A stretch of DNA of 59,097 bases from Candidatus Omnitrophota bacterium (GTDB lineage Bacteria; Omnitrophota; Gorgyraeia; JAFGHF01), in the NCBI GenBank assembly GCA_042571705.1, contig JBHPFV010000007.1, positions 1-59,097 on the forward strand. Direction: 5' to 3'. A program made the translations under genes and the position numbers. Each line of letters opens with the position of its first letter. Position 1 is the first letter of the stretch. Of the stretch, positions 30,701 through 39,474 are shown in pieces. Below the pieces are notes generated by a model. The model worked only from the letters and a program-made list of their open reading frames with translations. It did not search any database and was not told where the DNA came from.

Positions 30701-33700
30701 ATCAGCGGCGCGCTTCCCGGCCGGCATTTCAATGGATTACTGCCTGAGGTCAAAGGGCCAATTGTATCCGCGGACTTCATTAATCCCCTGACCGGTACCA
30801 TAGAACACACTTATTATTTTACCGCTGGATCTACGGATTACGCTGGCGGCACAATTGATGTCGCGCCTAATGATCCGCCATTAGCCGATACTGCAATTGA
30901 GATAACTTACCATGCTGATCGCACAGTCTATCAACGGCCGATCATCGAGATCCACTACCTCGACAATTCAATGGAAGTTTTTGATGGCCTGGGTCCTGTT
31001 CCGGGCATGACCTTCAATGTATCTCAATATATTACAAAACAAGTCACGCGCATCGAGGCCTGGAACCTCCAACATTCCTTAATATTCGCTAGTAGACATT
31101 TTGCGCATCCCGGAGGCGAGGGCGCAGGTGCAATTGCCGTTGCCCCTGATCCACATTATCCGCCTACAACAGTAGCTATACAGGCAACTACAGACTATGT
31201 TCAATCAAATTTCCCATTCTTAAAGATATTCTACTGGGACAATAGCTTAGAAACTGTGACCCTTGCAGGAGATCTACCCGGTACTTCATTTAGCGTAGAA
31301 CATTACATTACAAAGGATATAGAAAGAATCGAGCTTTTGAGTTCCGGCCAGGCCCAGCTTGCTGTGCGTTACTTTCATGATGGGCCAGATGCAGGTGAAG
31401 GCACAATTGCCATTAGTCCTGATCCTGCTTACGCAAATACTACAGTTACTATTAATGTAACTACTGATAATTCGCAACCAGGCCTGCCGATACTCAAAAT
31501 ATTTTATTCTGATAACACTGTGGAAAGTACTCCTCCTGTTCTTACGGGAGAACTACCAGGGACTTTTTTCACTGTAGATTATTACACCTTAAAAACCATA
31601 GTCCGAATCGAAGCCTTGACCCCAAGCTTAACTAATGTAATTGCCGCCCGCGATTTTTATGATGACGATGGTGGTCAAGATTTCGGACCTACGTTTACTC
31701 CTGACCCACCTGTGGTTGGTGAACCATTATCGATGGTATTAGAGCTAGACCCTAACGAACCGCCGATATACGGTTATCCAATAGTGCGGATAAATTATGT
31801 TTCCGGAACATCTCCGGAGAGCGAAGACATGCAAGTCTCCGGCGCTGTACCGGGACGGTACTTTGAGGGTTATTTATCCGAGGTAAAAGGCCTGGTGGAA
31901 ACTGCTGAATTTATCGACCCAATCTCAGGATCCACAGAACATACGCATTACTTTGTCGAAGGAATTATGTCGTCGTTGGTAGATGCTTCTGTGACACTCA
32001 CTATTTCTCCTGATCCGCCGATATTCGGAGATAGTCTGGAGGTCACCGTAACTACTACACCTGCCGTACGCACACCGATTATAGAAATAATTTATCTAGA
32101 TGGAGATGTGTTTGAGCCGGTTGTTTCCGGAGCAGATCCGGGAATGAACTTTACTGCCACATTAAGTGAACTGACCAAACCCATAGACAAAATTGAACTT
32201 CTCTCAGGAATGAATGATCCTCAACCGGATGAACTTGTGGAAACATTTTACCTCAATCTGGGCAGCCTGCCCTATCCAACAAATGTTTGGTTAGAAGCAG
32301 GTGGTCTACCTACTGAGGTATTTGTAAACTGGGATAGTGTTTCTGAAGCCGATGGTTATTTTATATATTATAGCCTTTCCGAAGATCCCTTCCACTCATC
32401 CGACTACGTACAGGTGTTTGAAAAGAACATTACCAGAGAGATAGTCAGCGGGCTTTCCAGTGGTGAGACTTATTATTTTGTTGTTAGCGCCTACGCCAAT
32501 GACGGCCGGGAAAGCGGCTTTGACATGGAAGAATCATGGGTGATTGGTTCAGGAACCGCGGGTGAAGGCTCACTCACCCTGCTGAGCCCCGCTCCTTTGG
32601 GCGACTTTGGCGAGATTGACTTTGACAATGTCACGCAAGGCACGACATCAGACAGCGAGACTATTACAATTCAAAATACAGGCACCAGCACCGCTACAAT
32701 TAGAGCCTTCGGCGGAACATTGCTCAATGTCTTAAATCCCGAAGACACTATCCCGGCCAGCAACGTCAATTTTACAGATGGTTACACCATCGCCCCATCC
32801 GGCAGCGAATCCCGGTCAATCACTGTCAGCGTACCATCAGGGACTCCTTCGGGAGATTATCTGAGTGTCCCCGGAAACAGGTTAATACTCTATGATGATA
32901 TCAATGGAAACGGTTCCTTAGATAGCGGTGAGAGTTTTGTCAAGATTGAGCTGCGAGTTACTGTTGGTGTTGAAGGGTTGGATGCGCAGGAGTCCGGCGT
33001 AATGTTTGATGTCACCGCTCCGGGCACAACCACCGCTACCAAGACAATCCATGTAGAGAATACCTCCGGCGGCACCTTAGCGAATATCCAGCTAGAAACC
33101 AACACGTTATATAAACAAGGGAATTTTTCACAGACTATTTCCTCTTCCAACATAATATTTAGTCTTAATTCCGCGGTTGCCGGGACCTTGGGGGTCGGTG
33201 AAACCACAAGTTCATCGATTTATGTCTCTGTCCCCGCGAATACTATAGCCGGTGACTACGGCGGGGCAATGGTAATCTATAATGATACTAACTACAATTC
33301 TTCGCGTGATAACGATGAGCCTTTTGTCAGTGTTTTAATGATGGTACCTGTAAGCGGCTCACCCGATATTGGCAATCTCAGCGCCGTTAACCGCGGCACC
33401 GGCGGCACCGTCGATCTGACCTGGACTGATTCAGATACAACTACCGACCACTATCATGTTTATTATAGAACCTCTGCTGAATCACATGTCTGGGGCTCAC
33501 CGGATGAGCATACATTTGACAAGGCCTTTCAAGTTACCGGATTAACTGATAATACTGCTTATTATTTTGTAGTCCGGGCCGCGAATAGCACTTGTACTGA
33601 AGATACAAATACAACCGAGGTCTCGGCCACCCCGACAACATCAGGAGCTGATATTACGCCTCCTACATTCGCTGGAATCGCTTCCGCCTTTGGTAATGGC

Positions 33701-35620
33701 GAATATGGCCAGGTAGTGATAGAATTTTTCTCAGCCTCGGACGCCAGCACCCCCATTTCCTACTCGGCTTACTACGGAACGGATCCTAATACTATTTTCG
33801 ATAATACCCCGGTTAGCGTAACGCCGTCCTCCCACTTAATACTTTCCTTACAGGATGGCACGACCTACTATTTTGCGGTCCGGGCCAAAGATTATTATAA
33901 CAACGAAGAAAAAAATACGCGCATTGAAACAGCCATACCTTATGGTTCAGCCGACCATATTGCCATCACCTCTGAAGCTTCCTCAAGCGCTGTAGGCAGC
34001 CCGGTCTTGGTAAAAGTTACGGCCTATTCTTCCGCTGATAACTCAACGGTAGATACCTCTTTTACGGATTCTGTTAAGGTCTATATAGAAGAGGCCATAG
34101 ATTATGGACAACCCCGCTGCATAGTCTCTCTGCAGGATAGAGTCAGCGATGATCAGGCTGAAGTGGCCATGGTTGCCGGCGAGGGGTATTTCACAATAGA
34201 TGCGGTGGAGACAACAACGGTCGAAATATTTGCAATAGGACTGCCCACTAACACGCTAAGCATAGATTTTACCGGCGCTGCAGGATCAGGCATCGATCAG
34301 TTCGCGATAGAAGGAGCCTCTTCAGCTATGACCGGCACCGACACTAATGATGGCGCCCTAATCTGGATCAGCGCGCTTGATTCAACAGGAAAAGTACTCG
34401 ATCAATATTTAGGGGAAATCGACATTACTGTAAGTGGCGCTGGATCACCGCAGCTATGGAGAGACGGTTCTCAAGTATCTGGCAGTTCTCCATATCGAGT
34501 AACTTACACTACAGGTGAAAACAGCGAAATGAAGTTATACCTAAAGAATGCTGTATCCGGATCGTTCACAGTCAGCGCCGAAGAAGTTATTAACACTGAT
34601 CACGACTCAAACGATTTCTCGGTAAGTTTTTATGGAGTTGATGGTTATCTTTTGGAGTCAGCCGGACAATACACCATCAGCGCTGAGACCATCGGCAGCC
34701 GGATCAAGTGGACCGCCTATTCAGTAAATAATAGTGACACACCGCTCAGTGGTTACAATGGCCAGGCCGAGATGGTCACACTCAGTGGTGACGATAACAA
34801 TAGCGCTATGGTCATACCTTCGACAATACAATTTGTCAACGGTATCGCTGAATTCTATGTCGAAAATTCTGAATATGAGACCGTAACCTTCAAAATACAA
34901 GATATCAGCGATAATCTTATAGATAGCGACAATGCTTATGCTACCTTTACCTCGACTGATACTGAGGGACCTGACTTAATTAGAGTGGAAGCGGAAACGC
35001 CGTTTTTGCTCCATCTCTATTTCTCTGAAGCGATAGACTCCGATAGCGCCTTTAACAAAAATAACTACGGTAATGCCGTAACAGCTGGAAATATAGATAA
35101 GATCTGCTGGTATGAAGATGAAGTAACACTACACTTAGGCGCCAGCCTAAATTTAGGTCAAGGTTATACTCTAACCGTTTATGGTACATCTGGTGACGAG
35201 ATCAAAGACGGAGAAGGCAATTATATGGGAGGAGATCAAAGTAAGGATTTCACCGTCCCCAATGTTGACTATCAGGGCTCAAGTTACGGTGGAGGAGATT
35301 GGCTAGAGATCCAGGTCTCTCCTGCCAACCTGCCCACTGGATCTGAACAAACTGTTCATGTCATCGTCTATCATAAGAATGCCTGTGGATACTTAACCGG
35401 CGCCAACGCGATTAACCGCTCGGAGGATGTCTCCGGCATCACTCTCGTTTATGGCGGCGACGACCAGAGAATCATCACTAAACCTTCCAGTAGCTCAATG
35501 GGCAATGGAGTTTGCGAATTTGATATCACTATCGACTTCGATAACTCGGATGAATCTGTCACTATCACCGCCGAAGCAGGAAATGTCACTTCAGGCGAAG
35601 CCACTATCGAGGCCAACTAA
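21749..35620 (+). CDS. Giant (4623 aa) exported protein: signal peptide, FecR domain, helical repeats, many Ig-like/Fn3 domains
   Basis: Sec signal; FecR-like RIRT..SRAELEYSDGSILTLRENS..STAIVGVTGT; ~60-aa helical repeats; DTxPP..DxAGN Ig repeats; Fn3 (W..Y..GL....Y.F.V.A); DxNxNG Ca-binding-like loops. Confidence 0.85.
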   Translation: MKKRRLIHIFFFLLSLSSLLLYPSSAILLAQGNPQPQKENLITIKNIEGMVQIKKADQAGWSKAAAGDILSTNHRIRTLLESRAELEYSDGSILTLRENSILDIKDISYDKKTGKHKREIKLNLGGMKYKVTPLREKGSEFKIHSSTAIVGVTGTEGIIATDGEGKPTSNILVEGTTYNTDEDGSGGRPLKAGNTWLIDEAAESEKYMSTDDETDAAEYDQADPELAARFNAFLALFNQKQAQGYIVDEAILETLTQAMLNRDYLRAKQLLDQAELKLAEAKKPTDPQAQELSQALELIRTELAAKETAGYDLQGIYLIFYQSEEAYRQEKYAAGLDLLEQIKLGLLNLVKAEDDFPQRLNQLMDRISEKAKLGFMVEEPIELAKKSDLAYRNGARAEAEALLLEARQMLFQARRIIPPELLAGLTRLKEEILTKKADGFDILEIEELLAQVDQLLAQGKYIEAGQILRGIEATLPSLTKTLPKELAYLFKTFEEKLAKKEAIGFDLTELQNLIKSVYEAKQAGDLETMNALLTEVFTVLKQLGPPIGLTNRLKEFKEKVEELKAAGLSATDIDNLAMQIEAALAKQDLNLVRQLLDQAEGLLASLKDTEPPTVQVSDLEYSEDSVQISGVASDNVQVDQVTVNGALAVLDDTGSFNKELLLTSLLAEVIVIAKDAEGNSSPEIIIAIAEEKLSALTTEDSAAIPELNADLSYSETGVVVTGKTDPGAVVTAGELNVTADSAGAFSLSLNGSPELVENGLSLIASAANGNSSAELKLDVEDKWLPELEVTDVQLYDNMPPSLTSDPLSYQGELIEVKGKSVDTANITILGNVEDIGSGVASLTINGQNASLEATGQFKHTVLLTAELKSIAVELLDKAGNKNIFSRPLDLFLYPALVTVNDREINVDENGNFSTQLTATVELTEVLIQSKDKLGNETTPLKLMVVDRIAPEISLGDIQYEIDSVQISGQTEPDSLLSDTSGALFQDNLPVEASGLFTITIPRPKSNLTGTLVAQDASGNTSAGIAVTIEALTDEKPPQLSVANLILRAGLVIVSGVVEDDTGIESVTVNNQAVELTGNAFYKELTLSADLVKVVVVATDLSGKTATVEQVTKDDLPPTLTLADLSYEEGYCLVQGTATDNLGLKEVRVNNIPIDIALPAGGEFEYKLALTAGLENVVVSAIDLYGNYQETEPKEIVPPLDRVAPILTLNELTYGSPTAIVSGTVTDNIGLRSVLINDQPIDFYEDGSFKLELDITIGLPEATLNNAIYDAEFVIISGTVNLPSQTPSQVKAIAEDLAGNKSMEIKREVNALNLEEYKVTVNGSAVDLENGAFRSELILEQGLDTVAVLVYDSLGRVSEELKVPIETTPPILEVNQETYAGDTVTVSGKASDELSGLDEILINNTSIDFSGDGAFSQTLPISESTVTIVALDRAGNMTGSIPITVSPPDTAPPLFVVGLNPVPATIGNDLSVTIDVLDSKTRQPEMLDGTPVVNAVLSDGQVKPIEISGSGASFYGALSTTGLPTGLITLTVEGKDTSGNLGNVKEGLDNVLLNTIDTSAPSFSVSLTPAPPAFVGAEVTVNAASSETLKSLPNGTLTLPDGISFEFALEGALSGTSFTSNLSIPAETIPGTATLNLTEAVDLADNAQTSPTVFSFEIEPEEVAASLPLRIEFSEITNDRIAVKGLSSPQAIIHITLGEIKADIPADDNGLFHFIKPLLSEDLELMRTLGASILLDCHATNYAGLISEKISLNIPLPAAIAETRGGENFLIDISPYPIEQGQTAQFDITSRRGLREAPNVSIRLSNGRTELVNITGSGRQFQGIYQSTPATAIGPAIIQIKSEDIFESRPGLIVPSSETYAAMAGSGFFTIIANPDPLPMGKELDVSITAERAIKKTPSLEIRLPNGRLDQIIVSGEGSQFNGKYLCPQDIHPGPAELIVNMGQRSESRRPFGIAPPYGRRTREGDVFTFSNPRPMATGSSATVTVKSRHPLEEIPGAQLLTSAGKLIPIELSGSTPGHLFNATIEISSEVSLGPAVIIIKDQEGNILDEHPTEITPGFGAADMEVEALMVPSPATPNQVVMINVNSLGKELNFRPRGKLIFSDGLITPLNLEGPIPAMQFRTPITIPQTASLGPVNIMILDAAGLPIGGGQAYISRTQRGGGSGELKVSVMPPNPLPGDPLEVSISSDASLQSIRCALEVPGKGPQDIRLEGPIPGNRFRANISFPRDAQPRGSRIDVFFDRGAGEETQSFFLEGRHHEGGGHRPPELNPFPPMPGKPLVITLHAPFIMDFAPSVRVNYITGNESLATNGPIPGDRFTGTLPNVAMAVTSIDVLGPGGELLVNLPIEMLGGRHDAPHIQIMPLPLMPGSPANLRLEFPRQVYSLPTASIKLETGRMVPITLTGPIPGSMFTGMFSIPHDTSFGPANLEVYIDNQLVPGGTMPVNIGDSGPVSGDLLALMIFPGAPGELNIDWHLLPRAERHKIECQAPGLPKKTFDAGRRSHYFVTGLEADSEYKVTVIAFDSRRREITRSEYYIRTISSAYGGQGFPLYVHPSGPGNLQINWDHQPGVLSYNLFYVQGANDPLTQTPHPAGNATSYHLYELAAGQYQIQVEAMLSTGETMLSEIRTEYVSSDFDYGRPPVELHPYPPITGQPLDIDVLLPMTIPVLPSVKAQYATAGEDAFTMSGPLPGSSFHGTLASVKDTITAINFYDPISGGMKHSHPIGGDLYYDITPYDLWVRISVDPEPAVGTETSINLDFNQEVDFQHAGLRLLVGFVGGREIEIPVSSSGPQMSYQAMLSATQHSETIETIGIEGSRGMVPEEYINTQASGGITATLSITPDPPIMGTNTQIQVSIADAGTYQPRNIDSLPAVGVDLASGTMWELTANGSLPGSEFSAELTQAMFTAPIELIDVEYNGVLIASKTFVVEGGPVTFGPMFYPDPPQTGQPLNLNLDIPPDEPPMSGFPEVKINYASGTTPASEYMEISGALPGRHFNGLLPEVKGPIVSADFINPLTGTIEHTYYFTAGSTDYAGGTIDVAPNDPPLADTAIEITYHADRTVYQRPIIEIHYLDNSMEVFDGLGPVPGMTFNVSQYITKQVTRIEAWNLQHSLIFASRHFAHPGGEGAGAIAVAPDPHYPPTTVAIQATTDYVQSNFPFLKIFYWDNSLETVTLAGDLPGTSFSVEHYITKDIERIELLSSGQAQLAVRYFHDGPDAGEGTIAISPDPAYANTTVTINVTTDNSQPGLPILKIFYSDNTVESTPPVLTGELPGTFFTVDYYTLKTIVRIEALTPSLTNVIAARDFYDDDGGQDFGPTFTPDPPVVGEPLSMVLELDPNEPPIYGYPIVRINYVSGTSPESEDMQVSGAVPGRYFEGYLSEVKGLVETAEFIDPISGSTEHTHYFVEGIMSSLVDASVTLTISPDPPIFGDSLEVTVTTTPAVRTPIIEIIYLDGDVFEPVVSGADPGMNFTATLSELTKPIDKIELLSGMNDPQPDELVETFYLNLGSLPYPTNVWLEAGGLPTEVFVNWDSVSEADGYFIYYSLSEDPFHSSDYVQVFEKNITREIVSGLSSGETYYFVVSAYANDGRESGFDMEESWVIGSGTAGEGSLTLLSPAPLGDFGEIDFDNVTQGTTSDSETITIQNTGTSTATIRAFGGTLLNVLNPEDTIPASNVNFTDGYTIAPSGSESRSITVSVPSGTPSGDYLSVPGNRLILYDDINGNGSLDSGESFVKIELRVTVGVEGLDAQESGVMFDVTAPGTTTATKTIHVENTSGGTLANIQLETNTLYKQGNFSQTISSSNIIFSLNSAVAGTLGVGETTSSSIYVSVPANTIAGDYGGAMVIYNDTNYNSSRDNDEPFVSVLMMVPVSGSPDIGNLSAVNRGTGGTVDLTWTDSDTTTDHYHVYYRTSAESHVWGSPDEHTFDKAFQVTGLTDNTAYYFVVRAANSTCTEDTNTTEVSATPTTSGADITPPTFAGIASAFGNGEYGQVVIEFFSASDASTPISYSAYYGTDPNTIFDNTPVSVTPSSHLILSLQDGTTYYFAVRAKDYYNNEEKNTRIETAIPYGSADHIAITSEASSSAVGSPVLVKVTAYSSADNSTVDTSFTDSVKVYIEEAIDYGQPRCIVSLQDRVSDDQAEVAMVAGEGYFTIDAVETTTVEIFAIGLPTNTLSIDFTGAAGSGIDQFAIEGASSAMTGTDTNDGALIWISALDSTGKVLDQYLGEIDITVSGAGSPQLWRDGSQVSGSSPYRVTYTTGENSEMKLYLKNAVSGSFTVSAEEVINTDHDSNDFSVSFYGVDGYLLESAGQYTISAETIGSRIKWTAYSVNNSDTPLSGYNGQAEMVTLSGDDNNSAMVIPSTIQFVNGIAEFYVENSEYETVTFKIQDISDNLIDSDNAYATFTSTDTEGPDLIRVEAETPFLLHLYFSEAIDSDSAFNKNNYGNAVTAGNIDKICWYEDEVTLHLGASLNLGQGYTLTVYGTSGDEIKDGEGNYMGGDQSKDFTVPNVDYQGSSYGGGDWLEIQVSPANLPTGSEQTVHVIVYHKNACGYLTGANAINRSEDVSGITLVYGGDDQRIITKPSSSSMGNGVCEFDITIDFDNSDESVTITAEAGNVTSGEATIEAN

Positions 35621-35630
35621 AACCTCCCCC

Positions 35631-35659
35631 TTGTAATTATCCACAAATTGTGATAAAAT
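35631..35659 (+). promoter_or_regulatory. Internal sigma70 promoter with a DnaA box in its spacer
   Basis: TTGTAA-17-TAAAAT with extended TG; TTATCCACA at 35637-35645. Confidence 0.5.
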
Positions 35660-35740
35660 TCTTCTAACTATAGTTTTTATATTTAGTTAGGAGGGGACCA
35701 GATTTCTCTATCCAAATTTTTTTGCGATAAGAGACAGGGG

Positions 35741-38323
35741 ATGTTTTTAATCTTTTTCGCTCTCTTTGTCATCTTACTTAATTGCCTACTTTTTGCCGCA
35801 GAAGAAGATAGCGAGCTATTCCAACAAGGGGTCCAGGCCTATCAAGAAAAGGATTTTGACCCGGCAATAGAGATCTTCGAAAAGCTATCCCAGAAAATCT
35901 TTGGACATGAGCCCAGTTTCTACAACTTGGGGCTAGCCTATGTGCAAAAGACCAAATACCCTCAGGCCATTGAGGCCTTTGAGCAAGCTAGCCTGTATAA
36001 TCCCTATAACCTGTTCAGCTATAAATTCCTGGCCGACCTTTTTATCCTGACTAAAAAATATGAAGACGCCCTAACTAAAATTAAAGATGTGCTCAAGCGC
36101 AATCCTCAAGACAGCGATGCCCACTTAAAAAACGGTTTTTTGGCTCTTAAGAAAAACGACCTGGATGCAGCGACAAAAGAATTTACCTTTGTCAGAAACC
36201 TCGATCCTGATGACCTGGCCAGCCGAATCAATCTAGCCGGATTATTCCTGCAAAGCAAAAATTTCGACAAAGCCAAAAGCTATCTATCTGAAATCGAAAA
36301 CAAGACCCTAGGCGATGCCAAAACCAATGCCTTTCGCTGGGCATTAGTCAGTTATCTGTATAGAGTGGAAAAGCAAACCCAAAAGGCTGAAAACACCCGA
36401 AAAACCGCAGTTGCCCTGGCGCCGGCATGGAGAAGAATAAAGGATCCGAACTTTGCGGTTGCCCCGTTACAGCTTGAGTTTACTCATCACCTGCTTCATC
36501 AGCGTTCACTCTCCACGCTCGGTGAGGCTAATCTCCTGGAGTTTCAGCAAAGCGAGGCCTCGAAACGAGTGGTGGAGCGGATACAAACAGAAAAAGCGGA
36601 AGAAAAGAAAAAGGCTACCGTAGCGGTAGCCAAGAAAAAAGATACTCAAGGCCCGTTTGATTTAACCGGAGAATGGGAACACACGGTTGAATACTATGAC
36701 CGCAACCCGATTACCTCTAATCCAATCAATGACGTGAACATGACCAGCAACCTGGAATTAGACGCCAAATTTAAGAATGGCCTGAAGTTTTCCTCGGAAT
36801 TCGAAGCCTACCTTAACCGCTGGGACCATGTCCAGTTAGATTTCTTCAAGATCAACTTAAAGAAAGATAACGATGAGCTGGATATAGGTAAATTCTCGGC
36901 TAAAAATTTCCCCAGCGCGCTTACTCACCCTACCTTAGAGCAGGGCATTCGCTGGTGGCATCGTTTCGAACGTAATGTCCAAACACAATTATTTGACCAA
37001 TTGCCGCAAGACTTAGAGGCATTCGACCAAGACCAATCAGATTTAAAGCAGATTCCTAATGTCAGTCAACTCTATGGCCTAGCCGAACGCGCCCGTGAGT
37101 TCTTCGCTACCTGGGAGGTAACGGTATTGCATGGCCGGTCTAAAAAACCAAAAAATTTAGACGCCCGTAAAGAAAAGAATGAGAACACTTATGAAACCAG
37201 CGGCCAATTTGAGCAGTGGGTCAGCGCCTTTCATATTATGGCCGAGCCCTCAGATAACACTGAGATAGGATTTTCTTATTCCCGAGTCAAAGACGATAAT
37301 ACCGAGGCCTCGGTCAGCGCAACTACCCTGGCCATAGAAAGCGAGGCCTATGGAGTAGATTGGTCAGCGGAATTTTTGGACGGCAAACTAAAAACCGATG
37401 GCGAGCATGTCCGGGCAAATTATGATGAGAATATCGCATTGGACGACGGTATAAAAAATAAATCTGACCTGATCACAACCGTGGGCGTAGATTATGAACT
37501 GACTGACAATTGGGATTTATCCTACGACCTAAAGCGGGTTGGGGCAAATTACGAAGTTGAAGGCGGCTACCAGACGCCGGATAAGCTGACCCAGACCTGG
37601 ACCGGTAAATATGCTGCACCCCAAACTAAACCCTGGACGGTCAGATCAATAAACCTCAAAGTCGAACCGGCCCGGGTCAATCTCTCAAAAAGCAATGAGA
37701 CTAGCAAGGACTATCTGACCTTTCAGCCCAAGATATCCTTTACCCTGCCTCAGGACGCCAAGCTCTCTTTTGATTATAAATTCTACCATGAGCAACAGTC
37801 CTGCGTCTGTACCGAATATAAGACCCGGACCTTAAAAACAGAGTTGGAATATGAACACGAAGCCTCTAAAACTACCTTCAAACCCAGCTTTACCTTTGAG
37901 CGTAAAGATGACCGCGTGGCCGCGCCGACAGATGAAAAAAAGAGGGACTTTACCTTAAGTGTTGAGAATAAATTTGTAGATAACCTGACCTTGAAGGCCT
38001 CCGCGGAAAGAGAGAGAAAAGGTTATGTGGGCGCGACTACAAAGTCTTATAATCAACATAAGTATTCCTTTGAGGCAAAGTATGTCTTCGTCCCCGGCCG
38101 CTGTGATAGCAGCCTGAAGGTGTCTATCGACGATAAGGACCAAACTGACACTAATGATATCGAAATAGACACGCTGAAATTTACATTTAATTATACCTCT
38201 GAAGACAAAAATGATAAGCTGACTATAGAGTATGAACGAAAATCAAATATCTACGATCCCTGGTCGGATACATCGGCTTACCGGCAAAATTACGCCAAGA
38301 TGAAATTCACAAATAAATTTTAG
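35741..38323 (+). CDS. TPR-repeat plus C-terminal outer-membrane beta-barrel protein
   Basis: Signal peptide, ~5-6 TPRs (YNLGLAY..AIEAFE), then ~550 aa of amphipathic beta-strands ending KMKFTNKF. Confidence 0.75.
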   Translation: MFLIFFALFVILLNCLLFAAEEDSELFQQGVQAYQEKDFDPAIEIFEKLSQKIFGHEPSFYNLGLAYVQKTKYPQAIEAFEQASLYNPYNLFSYKFLADLFILTKKYEDALTKIKDVLKRNPQDSDAHLKNGFLALKKNDLDAATKEFTFVRNLDPDDLASRINLAGLFLQSKNFDKAKSYLSEIENKTLGDAKTNAFRWALVSYLYRVEKQTQKAENTRKTAVALAPAWRRIKDPNFAVAPLQLEFTHHLLHQRSLSTLGEANLLEFQQSEASKRVVERIQTEKAEEKKKATVAVAKKKDTQGPFDLTGEWEHTVEYYDRNPITSNPINDVNMTSNLELDAKFKNGLKFSSEFEAYLNRWDHVQLDFFKINLKKDNDELDIGKFSAKNFPSALTHPTLEQGIRWWHRFERNVQTQLFDQLPQDLEAFDQDQSDLKQIPNVSQLYGLAERAREFFATWEVTVLHGRSKKPKNLDARKEKNENTYETSGQFEQWVSAFHIMAEPSDNTEIGFSYSRVKDDNTEASVSATTLAIESEAYGVDWSAEFLDGKLKTDGEHVRANYDENIALDDGIKNKSDLITTVGVDYELTDNWDLSYDLKRVGANYEVEGGYQTPDKLTQTWTGKYAAPQTKPWTVRSINLKVEPARVNLSKSNETSKDYLTFQPKISFTLPQDAKLSFDYKFYHEQQSCVCTEYKTRTLKTELEYEHEASKTTFKPSFTFERKDDRVAAPTDEKKRDFTLSVENKFVDNLTLKASAERERKGYVGATTKSYNQHKYSFEAKYVFVPGRCDSSLKVSIDDKDQTDTNDIEIDTLKFTFNYTSEDKNDKLTIEYERKSNIYDPWSDTSAYRQNYAKMKFTNKF

Positions 38324-38332
38324 GGGGAACCA

Positions 38333-39454
38333 ATGAGGTGCCTATATATCAGTATAACCCTTTGCCTGATACTCTCTGGCTGTGCCATGGGGCCAACACC
38401 GATAAAAAAATTCGTCTCCCCTGCTGCGGCTCTTTATGATCAGGCCGGCGTACATTTTGAACAGCAAGATTATGATGCGGCCATCGCTAAATACGAAGAA
38501 TTCATCGCCGCCCACCCCAGACACAACCTAATTCCCGGGGCCCATTTGGGAGTGGCCTGGTCATATTATCTAAAGGGGAATTACGAAGAATCTCTAGCGG
38601 CGCAGAAAAAGGTCAGGACAAAAGATCAGACCTTAAAGGCCTGGCTGGATCAACTGGCCGGTAATTGTAAAACTAAACTGGCCAGCGCCCCAGCTGCGGC
38701 CAGCGCTCCCAGACTGTTCGATATCCCCATATTTACTAACCAAAAGATTCTCAAGATCGAGGGCACAGTGCCGCCAGAGAGTTCAATCTCCATCAATGCC
38801 ATCGAAGCAGCTGTTCAAGACGGATTATTCGCTCAAGATATCTCTCTGGAAGTAGGAGAAAATCTAATCAAAATCGAGATCATTGATAAAGATGGTAATA
38901 TCGAAACCAAAGAATCTAAAGTGACACTGGATATAACCGTACCGGAGCTGGAAGTAACTGACGCCGAATTGGACGATCATGGTTATGTGACTATCTCGGG
39001 ACTGAGCGAGCCTCACGCAACTGTTACGGCCAATAACGAAGAATTCCTGGTCTCATCTGTTGGTAAATTTACAGGGGAAGTAAAACTGCCTCATAACCTA
39101 AAAATCGAACTGAGCGCTGAAGACCGCGCCGGTAATATTGCCAAGCTGACTTTCGCTGACGCCGAGCAGCCTGAGGAGCCCACGGGTCTGGTGATCAGAT
39201 CTATATATGGAACCAGCGTGGATCTGGAGTGGGATCAGAATCCAGAACAAGACATCAAAGGCTATAATATCTATTATTCTCAAGTCGGCGGGTGGTCAGA
39301 TCAACAATATAACCCGGAGTTAATTGAGGAGACCACCCAGACCATGACCGGTTTAGAATCAGGCAATACCTACACCATCTATCTGCGGGCAGTAGATAAA
39401 ATGGGCAATCAAGGCGAACCTTCAGAGGTGACCGTCAACGCCGTGATCCCATAA
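38333..39454 (+). CDS. Lipoprotein with BamD-like TPR, two Ig-like domains and Fn3
   Basis: Lipobox LSGC; TPR YDAAIAKYEEFIAAHP; EDRAGN; Fn3 LEWDQNPEQDIKGYNIYY..AVDKMGNQG. Confidence 0.8.
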   Translation: MRCLYISITLCLILSGCAMGPTPIKKFVSPAAALYDQAGVHFEQQDYDAAIAKYEEFIAAHPRHNLIPGAHLGVAWSYYLKGNYEESLAAQKKVRTKDQTLKAWLDQLAGNCKTKLASAPAAASAPRLFDIPIFTNQKILKIEGTVPPESSISINAIEAAVQDGLFAQDISLEVGENLIKIEIIDKDGNIETKESKVTLDITVPELEVTDAELDDHGYVTISGLSEPHATVTANNEEFLVSSVGKFTGEVKLPHNLKIELSAEDRAGNIAKLTFADAEQPEEPTGLVIRSIYGTSVDLEWDQNPEQDIKGYNIYYSQVGGWSDQQYNPELIEETTQTMTGLESGNTYTIYLRAVDKMGNQGEPSEVTVNAVIP

Positions 39455-39474
39455 TCTTAAAAAAGGAAGCTTAA

